Shown here one piece after another: positions 53,383 through 62,889 of a DNA stretch of 64,000 bases. The stretch covers positions 2,955 through 66,954 of the forward strand of contig JBEKUZ010000014.1 in assembly GCA_049514515.1 (NCBI GenBank), read 5' to 3'. Made by a program: the position numbers and the translations under genes. This DNA is from Thermodesulfobacteriota bacterium (GTDB lineage Bacteria > Desulfobacterota > BSN033 > UBA1163). Position 1 is the stretch's first letter. Each line of letters starts with the position of its first letter. The notes under the pieces are model-generated. The model did no database searches. It was not told the origin of the DNA and saw only the letters and a program-made list of their open reading frames with translations.

Positions 53383-56241
53383 TTACTCATAGAGTTCTTG
53401 AAGAAGCTCCAGGATCTTCTGCTGGCTCGGAGTAGTGGGATCCGTGGCCATGTTCACCGCATCCCTCGAGGTATAGAAGGCAATTTTCTTCAGGTCTTCT
53501 TTTGGAACACCCAGGGCCTTTAAACTGACGGAAATATCGAGCTTCCGATAGAACTCCAGAAGGCTCGCCTCCAGATCATTGGAGCGGTTCAGCAGTTGCG
53601 CCATGTCCATAAACTGCTCTTTGCAAGTCTCTTTATTCGCCCTCACAAAACAGAGAAGTCCGTACGTGGCTGCGCGGCCGTGGGGCATATGGTAATGAGC
53701 ACCGAGAACGTGTGTAATCGCATGTCCCATGCCTAACCCTTTCAAGAAGGCGAGGCCGCCGCAGACTGCCGACATGCACATATCGGTCCGTGCGGCGATA
53801 TCATTCCCGTTCTGATATGCCCGAGGGAGACTTCGTCCAATCAACTTTATTCCGTAAACGGCGTAGGACTCAAAATAAGGATGATAGGGGGTTGCCAATG
53901 AGACGTACCCCTCAATGCAATGAGCCAGCGCGTCGATTCCCGATTCGACGGTGAGGCCGGCTGGCATCGTCTTACAGTAGACGGGATCAATCACCGCTAG
54001 TTTGGGAATCAAATAATTATTCATTAATACAATTTTTAGGTCCCTCTCCTTATCCGTTACCACGGCGCAAGGATTCACCTCGCTTCCTGTTCCCGAAGTC
54101 GTTGGGATGCAGATGATCGGCGGGAGAATTGGTTTAATCTTGCCCCCTCCGCCCACAATACCTTCAAACTCTCTCATTTCACCGGGGTGGGATACCCTAA
54201 GCCCAACTGTTTTTGCGGTATCCATCGAACTCCCGCCCCCGAGGCCCACGATTCCGTCGCAACCATTTTCCTGATAAATCTTCCCAGCCCGCTCGATGAG
54301 CTCGATGGAAGGATCAGGCTCCACCTCCGAAAAAATAACCGTGGATATGCCACTCGACTCCAAAATCTTGCGAACGTCGTCAGCCCTTCCCAATGAGAAC
54401 ATGACAGGATCGGTTGTCAGGAATACTTTTTTGACCTTCATCTGACGGATCCGCTGGCCCATATTCTCCGCAACCCCTGCGCCAAACATAATGTCAGGCA
54501 GCGGCGGGATGCGGACTTCCCAAGCTTTCTCCTTCTCCTGGTACGAATCCAGTCCCCTCCAGATGTTTTTTATCTCCGCATCATCCACATCAAAAACCTG
54601 ATCCGTCGGAGTAATGGCCTCCTCCCGGACAAAAACAACGGCTTTTGCATCCATTTTGCCGAATTCGGTCTTTTCATTGAAAGCAATCTGATCTCGCAGC
54701 GTCTGCTTGCCAATTTCCATGATATCCGCGGGGGTCAACTGGAGCCCATACCTCGCATTCATGAGATCTGCAAAAAATTGATAAACGGATGCACGGCCGC
54801 CAGGAACGGAATTCAGACAGTAGCCAAATGCGTCGCAGGTGGCAGCCTGAATCTGAGATCGAAGCGAATTTTCAGCCTGCTTGTCTTTGTTCTTGGGAAT
54901 CCGGTAAGTCAGTCCTGCCGTGTGATCCGCCCCCATGGGGCTCGTGAAATAGGTAACGCCCGTCCCCTTTACCGACCTGGGATCGTGGCCGGGTATGGCT
55001 TGCCCCCTATAAGCCGGTACACGGCTTACGTTCAAATATTTCGCAGTGGCTACCACACCGTTGGCCAAGGCCACGCCAAGCGGCGTTTCCTCTTCGATCT
55101 CACCCAAGAGTCGGGCAGCGGATTCCCAATCTCCAAACGACATTTTCCCGGCATCCGCAGCGACACCAAGGCTGCTTCCTGTTTCTATGGCATCGACGCC
55201 AAGATCGTCACACATGAACTTGAGCCGCGCAATCGCATCATTATCGATAATGCCCAGATTGGTTCCAAGCAATGCTATCGTTTCGTATTCGTAGGCAGAG
55301 CAGAGCCGTTTCCCATTCTTGTCCGGATAGATGATGGAGCACTGAACAACACAGCCGGGCATGCAGCCGTGCATCTTGCCGCCGCGTTCAAAGAGAATCT
55401 CTTGTATTCTATTGCCGCTCACGGCAATGAAGTTGTTCGGTGTGCCCGAACGGTAGTTATTCGACACCAGGGTTCCTTGGTTGGCGGAATTGTTGATAGC
55501 AAACGGGGTGCCGAAACGGGAATACAAGCTGCAGCTCACATCATGTTTCAGGGTATCGATCCACGACTTCACGACCTTTCGAAATTCCTCCGGATGGACC
55601 ATATCAACCTGCCCAGCCTGGGAAGGATCAATGATTATCGCCTTGAGTCCTTTCGAACCCATCACCGCACCGAGTCCACCTCTCGCCGCATTCCGCGATG
55701 GATCTCCAAAAATATCCGTAAAGGAGACCGACGCTCCTTTGTATCCCCGTTCTCCGGCTATTCCAGTGGAGATAACCGCTATTTTTTCACCGTATCGTCT
55801 CCGTAGCCTGTCCACCAATTCATAATTCTTCATTTGGCGGTATTCATCCGCTGGAATCAATACGGTCTTTTCCTTGGAGATCAATAGGCAGTATAAGCGA
55901 TGAGCCTGAGGCGCACCCTCAACGATAATCGCGCGGATCCCCAGCCGGTCGAGGATTTGCGCAGCCGGGCCTCCTGAGTTTGCCTCTTTGATTCCCAGTG
56001 TCAAGGGACTTTTTGCGCCAACGGAAATCCGTCCAAGTTGTGGAGCGCCAGTGCCCGCCAGAGGGCCTACAGCAATAATAAAACGATTGTCAGGGCCGAG
56101 TGGGTTCGCAGCCGGGGGAACCTCTTTGTTCACGATCTTAGCAATGAAGGCGCTGCCGCCGATGGTCTTCCACGCTTCCTCCATATTTTCGAACTTGATC
56201 TTTTCACTTTGCACGTCCACCCTTAGAATCTTCACATCCAT
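53383..56241 (-). CDS. fusion protein: tungsten-type aldehyde:ferredoxin oxidoreductase (AOR, N-terminal about 580 aa) + iron-containing (class III) alcohol dehydrogenase (C-terminal about 370 aa)
   Basis: AOR N-domain (FIIAVGPLAGTGAPQLGRISVGAKSP), AOR [4Fe-4S] motif GCMPGCVVQC, then Fe-ADH motifs GGGSSMDTAKT, TTSGTGSE, ALAHCIEGY and GMGHAITH. A continuous 952-codon frame. Confidence 0.8.
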   Translation of the reverse strand: MDVKILRVDVQSEKIKFENMEEAWKTIGGSAFIAKIVNKEVPPAANPLGPDNRFIIAVGPLAGTGAPQLGRISVGAKSPLTLGIKEANSGGPAAQILDRLGIRAIIVEGAPQAHRLYCLLISKEKTVLIPADEYRQMKNYELVDRLRRRYGEKIAVISTGIAGERGYKGASVSFTDIFGDPSRNAARGGLGAVMGSKGLKAIIIDPSQAGQVDMVHPEEFRKVVKSWIDTLKHDVSCSLYSRFGTPFAINNSANQGTLVSNNYRSGTPNNFIAVSGNRIQEILFERGGKMHGCMPGCVVQCSIIYPDKNGKRLCSAYEYETIALLGTNLGIIDNDAIARLKFMCDDLGVDAIETGSSLGVAADAGKMSFGDWESAARLLGEIEEETPLGVALANGVVATAKYLNVSRVPAYRGQAIPGHDPRSVKGTGVTYFTSPMGADHTAGLTYRIPKNKDKQAENSLRSQIQAATCDAFGYCLNSVPGGRASVYQFFADLMNARYGLQLTPADIMEIGKQTLRDQIAFNEKTEFGKMDAKAVVFVREEAITPTDQVFDVDDAEIKNIWRGLDSYQEKEKAWEVRIPPLPDIMFGAGVAENMGQRIRQMKVKKVFLTTDPVMFSLGRADDVRKILESSGISTVIFSEVEPDPSIELIERAGKIYQENGCDGIVGLGGGSSMDTAKTVGLRVSHPGEMREFEGIVGGGGKIKPILPPIICIPTTSGTGSEVNPCAVVTDKERDLKIVLMNNYLIPKLAVIDPVYCKTMPAGLTVESGIDALAHCIEGYVSLATPYHPYFESYAVYGIKLIGRSLPRAYQNGNDIAARTDMCMSAVCGGLAFLKGLGMGHAITHVLGAHYHMPHGRAATYGLLCFVRANKETCKEQFMDMAQLLNRSNDLEASLLEFYRKLDISVSLKALGVPKEDLKKIAFYTSRDAVNMATDPTTPSQQKILELLQELYE

Positions 56242-56334
56242 CTCTCCTCTTTGCCCGGCTCAAAACGATATCTTTATTGGCTTAAGTGTAACATAGAAGA
56301 AGGTGTGCATCTACCCTTATGAAAAGGCTCCAAA

Positions 56335-57147
56335 TTAACGGCTGGGGCATACGAACCATGGATAGCGGGTAAATTCCTTGTATCCCATTCTCTTATAGAC
56401 GGGCTCACCATATAGGCTCGCTTGCAAAATAACACAGCGAGCACCGAGCTTGAAGGCAGCATTTCCAACCGTTCGTGTGCAGTGTTCCGCTAAGCCCATT
56501 CCACGTGCCGCCTCAACCGTTCCTACATAATAAATGCCCGCGATGCCGTGACTCATCAGGGCCAAAGCGCAGGAAGCGGGCTTGTTATCTCGATATGCCA
56601 CAACAGCATAAAGATGGGGCACGAGAAAAGCATTCGGGGCGCTGAAGACGCTTCTACCCACAGTCTCAGGCAACCCAAGCGCGGTGTAGCTAAGCGCTAC
56701 CACCTCAGCAAAGTCATTGACCATCGCCTCATCCGTAACATGCCGTAATGTGGCGCCGTCAGGCAACGGCCTGTCTTCAAGCATCCCTTCGATGAACATA
56801 CCGGGCAAGTTTGATATCTGATAGAGTTTAAGCTCTTCGCATTGATCGAGCAGATCCTTGTCAATATGGGTTCGAACAATGATGGTGAAAGATCGCTTCC
56901 GTTTTCCAAAAAACTCCTTCGCCTGAGCAATAAGCTTGTCAGGGGATGATTTCAATTGCCTGCCAACCCTGATGACGAAGTTAACTGCTGGAAAGGTGTT
57001 CGCCCCGCAAACAAAAAGAATATCCCCTTGTTCAGCCATATCCGTATTTGGATTCCACCTGGAAATCTCACGGTGGGATTCCGCCAGGTTTAGATCAGCT
57101 AATTGAAGTAATTCATCTTGGTTCATCTCGTTTTTCCTCGATAACAA
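56335..57147 (-). CDS. GNAT-family acetyltransferase-like protein
   Basis: Weak acyl-CoA N-acyltransferase-like pattern. Same strand, 93 nt upstream of the AOR-ADH gene. Confidence 0.45.
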   Translation of the reverse strand: MLSRKNEMNQDELLQLADLNLAESHREISRWNPNTDMAEQGDILFVCGANTFPAVNFVIRVGRQLKSSPDKLIAQAKEFFGKRKRSFTIIVRTHIDKDLLDQCEELKLYQISNLPGMFIEGMLEDRPLPDGATLRHVTDEAMVNDFAEVVALSYTALGLPETVGRSVFSAPNAFLVPHLYAVVAYRDNKPASCALALMSHGIAGIYYVGTVEAARGMGLAEHCTRTVGNAAFKLGARCVILQASLYGEPVYKRMGYKEFTRYPWFVCPSR

Positions 57148-57335
57148 TGAACACCATCATACTTTAATAACAGAAGAAAGCCGGTAACTTTCTCCAAAAT
57201 TAAACAACTTATTGCACGCACAGAGCGTTCTGTCAAGAAGGCTTTAGGCGGCAGAAATTGACACTAACTGGTATGGATGTGAACCCCGTCAGAAAGCGAG
57301 CAGGGGGTAAAATCCTGTCGGAATTATTCTGAAGA

Positions 57336-57788
57336 CTACTCCTCTTTCGCAGAGCAGGAGGCATCCTTTCTAACGGGGCGAAGAGGGAACCTCTTGCCAT
57401 CAATTTCAACGGTTGTTTTTGAATAGGTCAGTTTTCTGACGATCTTTCCGTCTTGAAAGTGAAGGATATCGACGCCCCTTCGTTTTTCACGCTTTCCTTC
57501 ACAGCCTTTTTCGGACGACGGCCATTCAAGTCGCCACCGGTAAAGGACTTTTTGCTCCTTATCGTCAATAAAAGTCTCTTCCTCGGTGAAATGAAACCCT
57601 CCGTGGTTCGTAAACCACGGTGCCCATGCTTTCCTCAGAGCTTCCTTACCCTCGGCTTTTCCACCTGTCCAGTTGTCAAATACGATTTCGTCGTGAAAGA
57701 GTTTCATGACCCCTTCCAGATCATGGTTCTCCCACGCAAGGTGCCATTGCTTCAGAGCATCCTTCATCTGTTCTCTTGAAAGTGACAT
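57336..57788 (-). CDS. SnoaL/NTF2-like (ketosteroid isomerase-fold) protein
   Basis: About 150 aa with a DUF4440/NTF2-like pattern (WHLAWENHDLEGVMKLFHDEIVF). Confidence 0.55.
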   Translation of the reverse strand: MSLSREQMKDALKQWHLAWENHDLEGVMKLFHDEIVFDNWTGGKAEGKEALRKAWAPWFTNHGGFHFTEEETFIDDKEQKVLYRWRLEWPSSEKGCEGKREKRRGVDILHFQDGKIVRKLTYSKTTVEIDGKRFPLRPVRKDASCSAKEE

Positions 57789-58060
57789 AAGTTACTCCTC
57801 GTCTGGATCTAGACCGCGAATCATGACCGATTTTTTTTGGGCTCCCGTCCTCCGACCATTTCATTCTCCGGGACAGGAAGTTTTCTGTTTTAGAACGGAA
57901 TTTACATCTTTTGTGAAAGCCTGTCAAGACAGATAGACAGATAGGAAATCCGCAGTCAAAATTGCACATTTTAGGCTCCGGGTACTCACAGCCTAAAAGC
58001 TGCGCCCACCCTCCCTGGACCCACGACCCTCAAATTTGCTGAGATTCGATTTCTCGTCTC

Positions 58061-58867
58061 TTATTTGCTAAAAATGTTCTTCAAAAACTCTTTCAGCTCA
58101 CCCCAGGACTTTCTGTCGGCCTCAGCATTGTAAGCGATTGGCATATTAAACTTCTTTCCCAATTCAGTGGCTTCTGGGTTGGTGAAGCTGTGCGTAGCAT
58201 CAGGATAGGAGACAAATTTAAAATCGGCGCCTGCGGATTTCATTTCTTGCTTGAACGCCTCGATCTGCTCCGGAGTGATAAACTTATCGGCCCCGCCGTG
58301 GAGCACAAGGATTTTTGCTTTGACGCTGCCGGGCTGGGCTGGTTTAACCGCAGTCAAGCTTCCATGAAAGCTTGCAACCCCTCTGAGATCCACACCCTGC
58401 CTCGCCATATTTAAAACCACGCCACCCCCGAAACAATAGCCGATGGCCGCAATACGATTCGGGTCGACACTGGGCTGTTCTTTCAAAAAGTCCGTCGCTG
58501 CCATAAAACGCGCCTTGGCAACTTCAGAATTCTTCATCACTTCTGACGAGAGCTTCCCTGCATCATCAGGAGTCGTTACCGCCTTGCCGTCGCCATACAT
58601 GTCCACGGCGAGAGCAGTGTATCCCAACTCCGCCAGCATCCGCGCCCTCTTGCGCGCGTAATCATTCAGCCCCCACCATTCAGGAACCACCAACACACCT
58701 GGCCGCTTCCCGGCGATGTTCTCGTCGTACGTTAGGTAACCCTTCATTACTACTCCCTGCGCACTGTAGTCTACCGTCTTCCCCACGATTCTCGGTTCTG
58801 CTGTTGCAACGCTTACTATCCCTAGCACCAACGTAAATACAGCAAGTTTTATTAATAAGTTTCTCAT
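58061..58867 (-). CDS. secreted dienelactone hydrolase-family protein
   Basis: Signal peptide MRNLLIKLAVFTLVLGIVSVATA and GYCFGG nucleophile elbow. SD aaggaggg precedes the ATG (MRN...). Confidence 0.75.
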   Translation of the reverse strand: MRNLLIKLAVFTLVLGIVSVATAEPRIVGKTVDYSAQGVVMKGYLTYDENIAGKRPGVLVVPEWWGLNDYARKRARMLAELGYTALAVDMYGDGKAVTTPDDAGKLSSEVMKNSEVAKARFMAATDFLKEQPSVDPNRIAAIGYCFGGGVVLNMARQGVDLRGVASFHGSLTAVKPAQPGSVKAKILVLHGGADKFITPEQIEAFKQEMKSAGADFKFVSYPDATHSFTNPEATELGKKFNMPIAYNAEADRKSWGELKEFLKNIFSK

Positions 58868-59043
58868 GGTACCCTCCTTTAGACTTAATTTCATCAACTT
58901 TTCTCTTTTAATCAAGAATAATTATCGCTCCGGCAATCTTCAATGTAATTACGCAAGGCCTGGGCTTCCCCCGGACGATGAAACGTTCTGACTCATTAAT
59001 TAATACAAACGCGTTAAATATTATTACATTTCATCGAATTGCC

Positions 59044-59092
59044 CCTCACCCCATCCCTCTCCCCAGCGGGGAGAGGGGAGGGTGAGGGGGCC
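59044..59092. repeat. near-perfect 22-bp G/C-rich palindrome CCCTCACCCCATCCCTCTCCCC-agc-GGGGAGAGGGGAGGGTGAGGG in a divergent promoter region
   Basis: Seen directly in sequence. Its composition resembles the palindrome at 283-320. Confidence 0.8.
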
Positions 59093-59249
59093 TCCGTGTC
59101 AAAGTATTAAATGCGTTTGTTTTAGAGTTTCCTGACGCTTTGCGCTATGCCTTCGCGGTTTTACAAACGGAGAAGGAATGATTATATTTAAGTCTAAAGG
59201 TAGGGAGGAAGAAGAAGAAATTGAAAAGTGAGCCGTTTTAAGGAGGCCT

Positions 59250-59522
59250 ATGATGGATAAAGAACTTTATTGTAAAGACATGGGTTTGCAATGTGATTTT
59301 TTAGCCTGCGGGGAGACCGAGGAGGAAGCGCTTAGCAAGCTGGGGCAACATGTGTTGGCCATGCACGGCATCGAGGGATTTTCAAAGGAGTTCTACGATA
59401 AAGCACGATCAGCCATTCGCGAGGGATACTGCGACTTTTACGACGCCGAGGAAATGGTCTCCGAAGATTGCAGTGCGTGTTACGAATCGTGCTTTGACTG
59501 CGCCGACGAGTGCTGTTGTTAG
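59250..59522 (+). CDS. DUF1059-family small protein with a C-terminal Cys-rich tail
   Basis: DUF1059-like N-terminus (CKDMGLQCDF.ACGETEEE) plus ...CSACYESCFDCADECCC. SD aaggagg. Confidence 0.6.
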   Translation: MMDKELYCKDMGLQCDFLACGETEEEALSKLGQHVLAMHGIEGFSKEFYDKARSAIREGYCDFYDAEEMVSEDCSACYESCFDCADECCC

Positions 59523-59536
59523 CGTCTACCCGGCTC

Positions 59537-60502
59537 CTACCCTTTTTCTTTCATTCGCTTTATGGCCAGACGGATGCTTTCCTGCATTCGTTTGATCGCG
59601 AGGGCAAGCTCCCCGATTTCATCCTGTGATCCGATTTCCATTATCTTGGCATCTAAATCGCCAACACTGATCCGGTCGGCAACATCGGTCAAGGACTTAA
59701 TTCTTCCTGTCAACCTGTAACCATACAGAGCGACCGTAAGGCCAATAAGGATCAGTGTGCCAGCCAGGATGCCAATCACAATATTCCTCGTTTTCAAAGC
59801 AAACTGGGCGGCACTTTTTTGCATAAATTTTGCTGCTTCGGTAAATTCCTCAAGGGGGGCCGTGGCAGCAAGGACATAGGTCGTTCCCTCAACGGGAATG
59901 CACACCATGAACTTGTCTCGCAGAATGCCGTCTGTATCCCGCCATTTGTAGTAACCCTGGGACTCCTTTCCCCCTTTTACACCGGTATAAATCTTCCAGA
60001 ATCCGGGGAAACCCTCCCCGAGGGACTCTTTGAGCGTGCTCGTATCGATGCCGACCACATCAGGGTTGACGTGGGTCCATAGACGCCAGATTCCGTCCGG
60101 TCCCGGCGTCTCATAGATGGCGGTATAACCCGTTACGCCTATCCTCTGCACCGCTATCCTTTTGAACTTCAGATCATAGTTAAAAAACGCCCTTTTCAAC
60201 TCCGGGTGGGTGATAAGATAGACCTTGCACTGTGAAGCAACCTCTCTTCCCCTCTGAGCCACCACTTCTTCGGTCACCCTGGCCACCGTATCTGTACTTT
60301 TTTGGGCAAGGTGAGAGGAAAGCGCATTTAATTGCTTCATATAGAGCAAGCTCGCAGCGAGGATAAGACTAATCGGAATAAAAAAGAAAAGGACGAACAT
60401 CTTACCCCTCAGGCCGAACCCTTTCCTTTGAGGGGCGCTCGATGGGCCTGCCGACTTTTCGGGTTTACCGGTCGTTCTCATGGTTTCATCTCCTGTGCTC
60501 AT
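59537..60502 (-). CDS. membrane sensor with a periplasmic (Cache-like) domain and a cytoplasmic HAMP domain, no output domain
   Basis: Two TM segments flanking a periplasmic region of about 190 aa; the HAMP sequence ends the protein. Confidence 0.6.
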   Translation of the reverse strand: MSTGDETMRTTGKPEKSAGPSSAPQRKGFGLRGKMFVLFFFIPISLILAASLLYMKQLNALSSHLAQKSTDTVARVTEEVVAQRGREVASQCKVYLITHPELKRAFFNYDLKFKRIAVQRIGVTGYTAIYETPGPDGIWRLWTHVNPDVVGIDTSTLKESLGEGFPGFWKIYTGVKGGKESQGYYKWRDTDGILRDKFMVCIPVEGTTYVLAATAPLEEFTEAAKFMQKSAAQFALKTRNIVIGILAGTLILIGLTVALYGYRLTGRIKSLTDVADRISVGDLDAKIMEIGSQDEIGELALAIKRMQESIRLAIKRMKEKG

Positions 60503-61518
60503 TGCATGTTATTCAGAGTGTTGATCGTAAAATTGACGATCTCCTCACCCTTCAGTCCTTTTTCATCCAGAGATTTTCCATAACCATCGATGATGGGAGC
60601 AATTGCAGCCTTCCAGCGCGCGGCCTCGCTGCTCTCAAGACCAATCAGCTGACCCCCGTGGGCCAGGAAAAATTGCATGCCCTCCATGTCGCTGGTATCC
60701 CAAGCCTCGCCGTGCTGCAGCAGCCATTCGTTGTTAATCTCTTCAAAGATCACCTTGATATCCTGTGGTAACGCTTCCCATTTCTCTTTATTCATGACCA
60801 CAAAAAAGGTCGTTGTATAGGCAATGGAATAGGCCGCCGTAAGATAGTTCTCCACCTCTGCCAGCTTCCATCCCTTAAGGGACTCCACGGGATGTGTGGA
60901 ACCATCCGCCTTGCCGCTTCTGATCAGTTGATGGCATTCCGGCATGGGTGCGGAGACCGCCATTCCGCCCAGGGCCGTTATAACCTGCGCAGCGGCTCCG
61001 GTCGTCCTCAACCTGAGCCCTCTCATATCCTCCAATCTCTTCACTGCTTTTCCCCTCGTGTTTATTAGGGCCGGACCGTGGGCATGCAGATACATCACCC
61101 TGGTATCGCTGAGTTCCTTCGGCCTAAATTTCCGATAAACCTCATTGGCGACGGCCGTGGCCACCTTTCCGCTGGTATAACCGAGGGGGAGATCCACCGT
61201 CCCCATCACCGGAAATCTGTCCGAGGTGTACGACAGGGCTGAAAGCCCGAGGTCAGAGCGTCCTTTCACGACACCTTCGTAACATTCGGCAGCCTTCGTC
61301 AAGGTCTGGCCAGGGTAGTGTTTTATGCTGACCCTACCTTTCGTTCGGGTTTCAACCTCCTTGCACCAGGAATCAACCAGCTGGCTCTGAATGTGCGCCG
61401 GGGGGAAAAAATTGCTATAGGTGAGTTTTATGGATGCGGTCTTCGCTTCAGGGGGACCTAACGCAAACAATACCAACCCTATACATGCTGCCGTCAACAC
61501 GAAGCAAACTTTCCTCAT
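60499..61518 (-). CDS. TRAP-type (DctP family) periplasmic solute-binding protein
   Basis: Signal peptide and a DctP-like fold. Its 3' end overlaps the HAMP sensor gene start by 4 nt. Confidence 0.7.
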   Translation of the reverse strand: MRKVCFVLTAACIGLVLFALGPPEAKTASIKLTYSNFFPPAHIQSQLVDSWCKEVETRTKGRVSIKHYPGQTLTKAAECYEGVVKGRSDLGLSALSYTSDRFPVMGTVDLPLGYTSGKVATAVANEVYRKFRPKELSDTRVMYLHAHGPALINTRGKAVKRLEDMRGLRLRTTGAAAQVITALGGMAVSAPMPECHQLIRSGKADGSTHPVESLKGWKLAEVENYLTAAYSIAYTTTFFVVMNKEKWEALPQDIKVIFEEINNEWLLQHGEAWDTSDMEGMQFFLAHGGQLIGLESSEAARWKAAIAPIIDGYGKSLDEKGLKGEEIVNFTINTLNNMQ

Positions 61519-61831
61519 CGCTGAGACCTCCTCTTTTCTGTATCTCTCTTTGCTCAGAGAGTTTTCAATATCTTTTTATGAACCCTTAGTTCTCTAAGTT
61601 CTATACCGGCGATTTATACCAAAAACTTATTTCAGCAACTTCTATGCCCCCACAGGGCAATCCTTTCCAATCTGTGTTTTTCCCCTTAGAATTTACGGAT
61701 ATTTGCATCTGTTCGTATGTGACACAAAGTCACAATAACGCCGTTTTTCGGTAAGACAGAACCCTTTCACCCCTCCTCTCTGCACACCAAGACTGCGTCA
61801 CATCAAAATTTCAAATGTATCCGGTTGAGCT

Positions 61832-62629
61832 TCAGTTCGCCTTCCTGTCCGTTAAGAGATAATCCGTCATCGCCCTGAGGAACTCCTTTTTCATATAGTC
61901 ATCAGAAATTTCTTCACTCAGTGCCTGGACGAAAGGAGAGATCTGGTCTTGGGCAAAAGAATCTTTTGTCGCACCCATATCAGAGAGTTTATCGCTGATG
62001 ACAAACGGAGCCATGGGGCCGATCACCTTTTTCAATTCGGTTTCGACCGTATGAAAAAAACCATTTGAAATGAGCTTTTTCTTGATGGGCTTCCGGTCCT
62101 CTCCCCTCTCCAACAAGCCCAGCTGGACGAGTTGGAAGATGGTCTTGGATGTTTTGAATTCATCCCACTTAAGGGCTTCACAGATTTCTGAGACGGTCTT
62201 CATCCCGTTACATAGAGCTGATACGTTCCATTGTTCACCGGTCAGACTGATACTTTCCGGATTCTCCTGGGGGAGGGCCCGAAAAATCGCGTTGGCCGAA
62301 GGAACGACTTCTTTGATCTTGTTCCATTGTTTCTGGGATGACCAATTCAAAATGAGTTGTTCAGTCAAGATAGAGATCGTTCTCTCTGACGGGACTTCAT
62401 CCGGCTCGAACGAAGCCTTTCCAGCCTTTACTCCCATCAGCGTGGAGAAGGCGAATTCTCCCACAGAATTATCGGTTTTGGCGTGAGTAATATTTCCGAG
62501 CTCTAAATACAACTCTCCACGCTCTTCCCCCCTGATAAGGATCTTTCCGGTTCTTTTATCGATGAAAAGGGGCTTGAGAATATCGAAGAGTTTAACTTCT
62601 GCCAGATCGCCGAGAAATGTTTCAGGCAT
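61832..62629 (-). CDS. DUF4388 domain-containing protein
   Basis: N-terminal L..VKLFDILKPLF...TGKILI...GELYLELGNITHA matches the DUF4388 pattern. Confidence 0.55.
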   Translation of the reverse strand: MPETFLGDLAEVKLFDILKPLFIDKRTGKILIRGEERGELYLELGNITHAKTDNSVGEFAFSTLMGVKAGKASFEPDEVPSERTISILTEQLILNWSSQKQWNKIKEVVPSANAIFRALPQENPESISLTGEQWNVSALCNGMKTVSEICEALKWDEFKTSKTIFQLVQLGLLERGEDRKPIKKKLISNGFFHTVETELKKVIGPMAPFVISDKLSDMGATKDSFAQDQISPFVQALSEEISDDYMKKEFLRAMTDYLLTDRKAN

Positions 62630-62818
62630 AAAACACCTTGAACCTTCTTCTCCAAGATTGAAGAAAGCAAGTTTGATGCCAAATTTTGGAAGGTATCTCG
62701 GTTCAGCGGATCCAATTCTGGCTTGTGAATAACCGAACAGGAAAATCCGAGCGGGCTGTAATTACCTTAATTATTACCAGGAGCATAAAATAGTCCGCAT
62801 TAGGAACCACAAAAAGTT

Positions 62819-62889
62819 GTCATTGCGAGCCCGAAGGGCGTGGCAATCTCGCTTTGAGATTGCTTCGTCGTTGCACTCCTCGCAATGAC
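62819..62889. repeat. 71-nt element bounded by 11-bp perfect inverted repeats (GTCATTGCGAG...CTCGCAATGAC) with internal sub-hairpins; sRNA- or MITE-like
   Basis: Internal GCCC-gaa-GGGC and GCAATCTC-gcttt-GAGATTGC stems. Flanked by imperfect direct repeats (TAGTCCGCATTAGG / TGCTCCGCCTAATA). Confidence 0.6.

Noticed and set aside
54778-55806. 342-aa plus-strand ORF
   Set aside because: Antisense to the AOR-ADH fusion gene, with no recognisable domains.
62819-62889. tRNA gene
   Set aside because: The 11-bp closing stem and the absence of a T-loop GTTCRANYC motif are incompatible with a tRNA cloverleaf.
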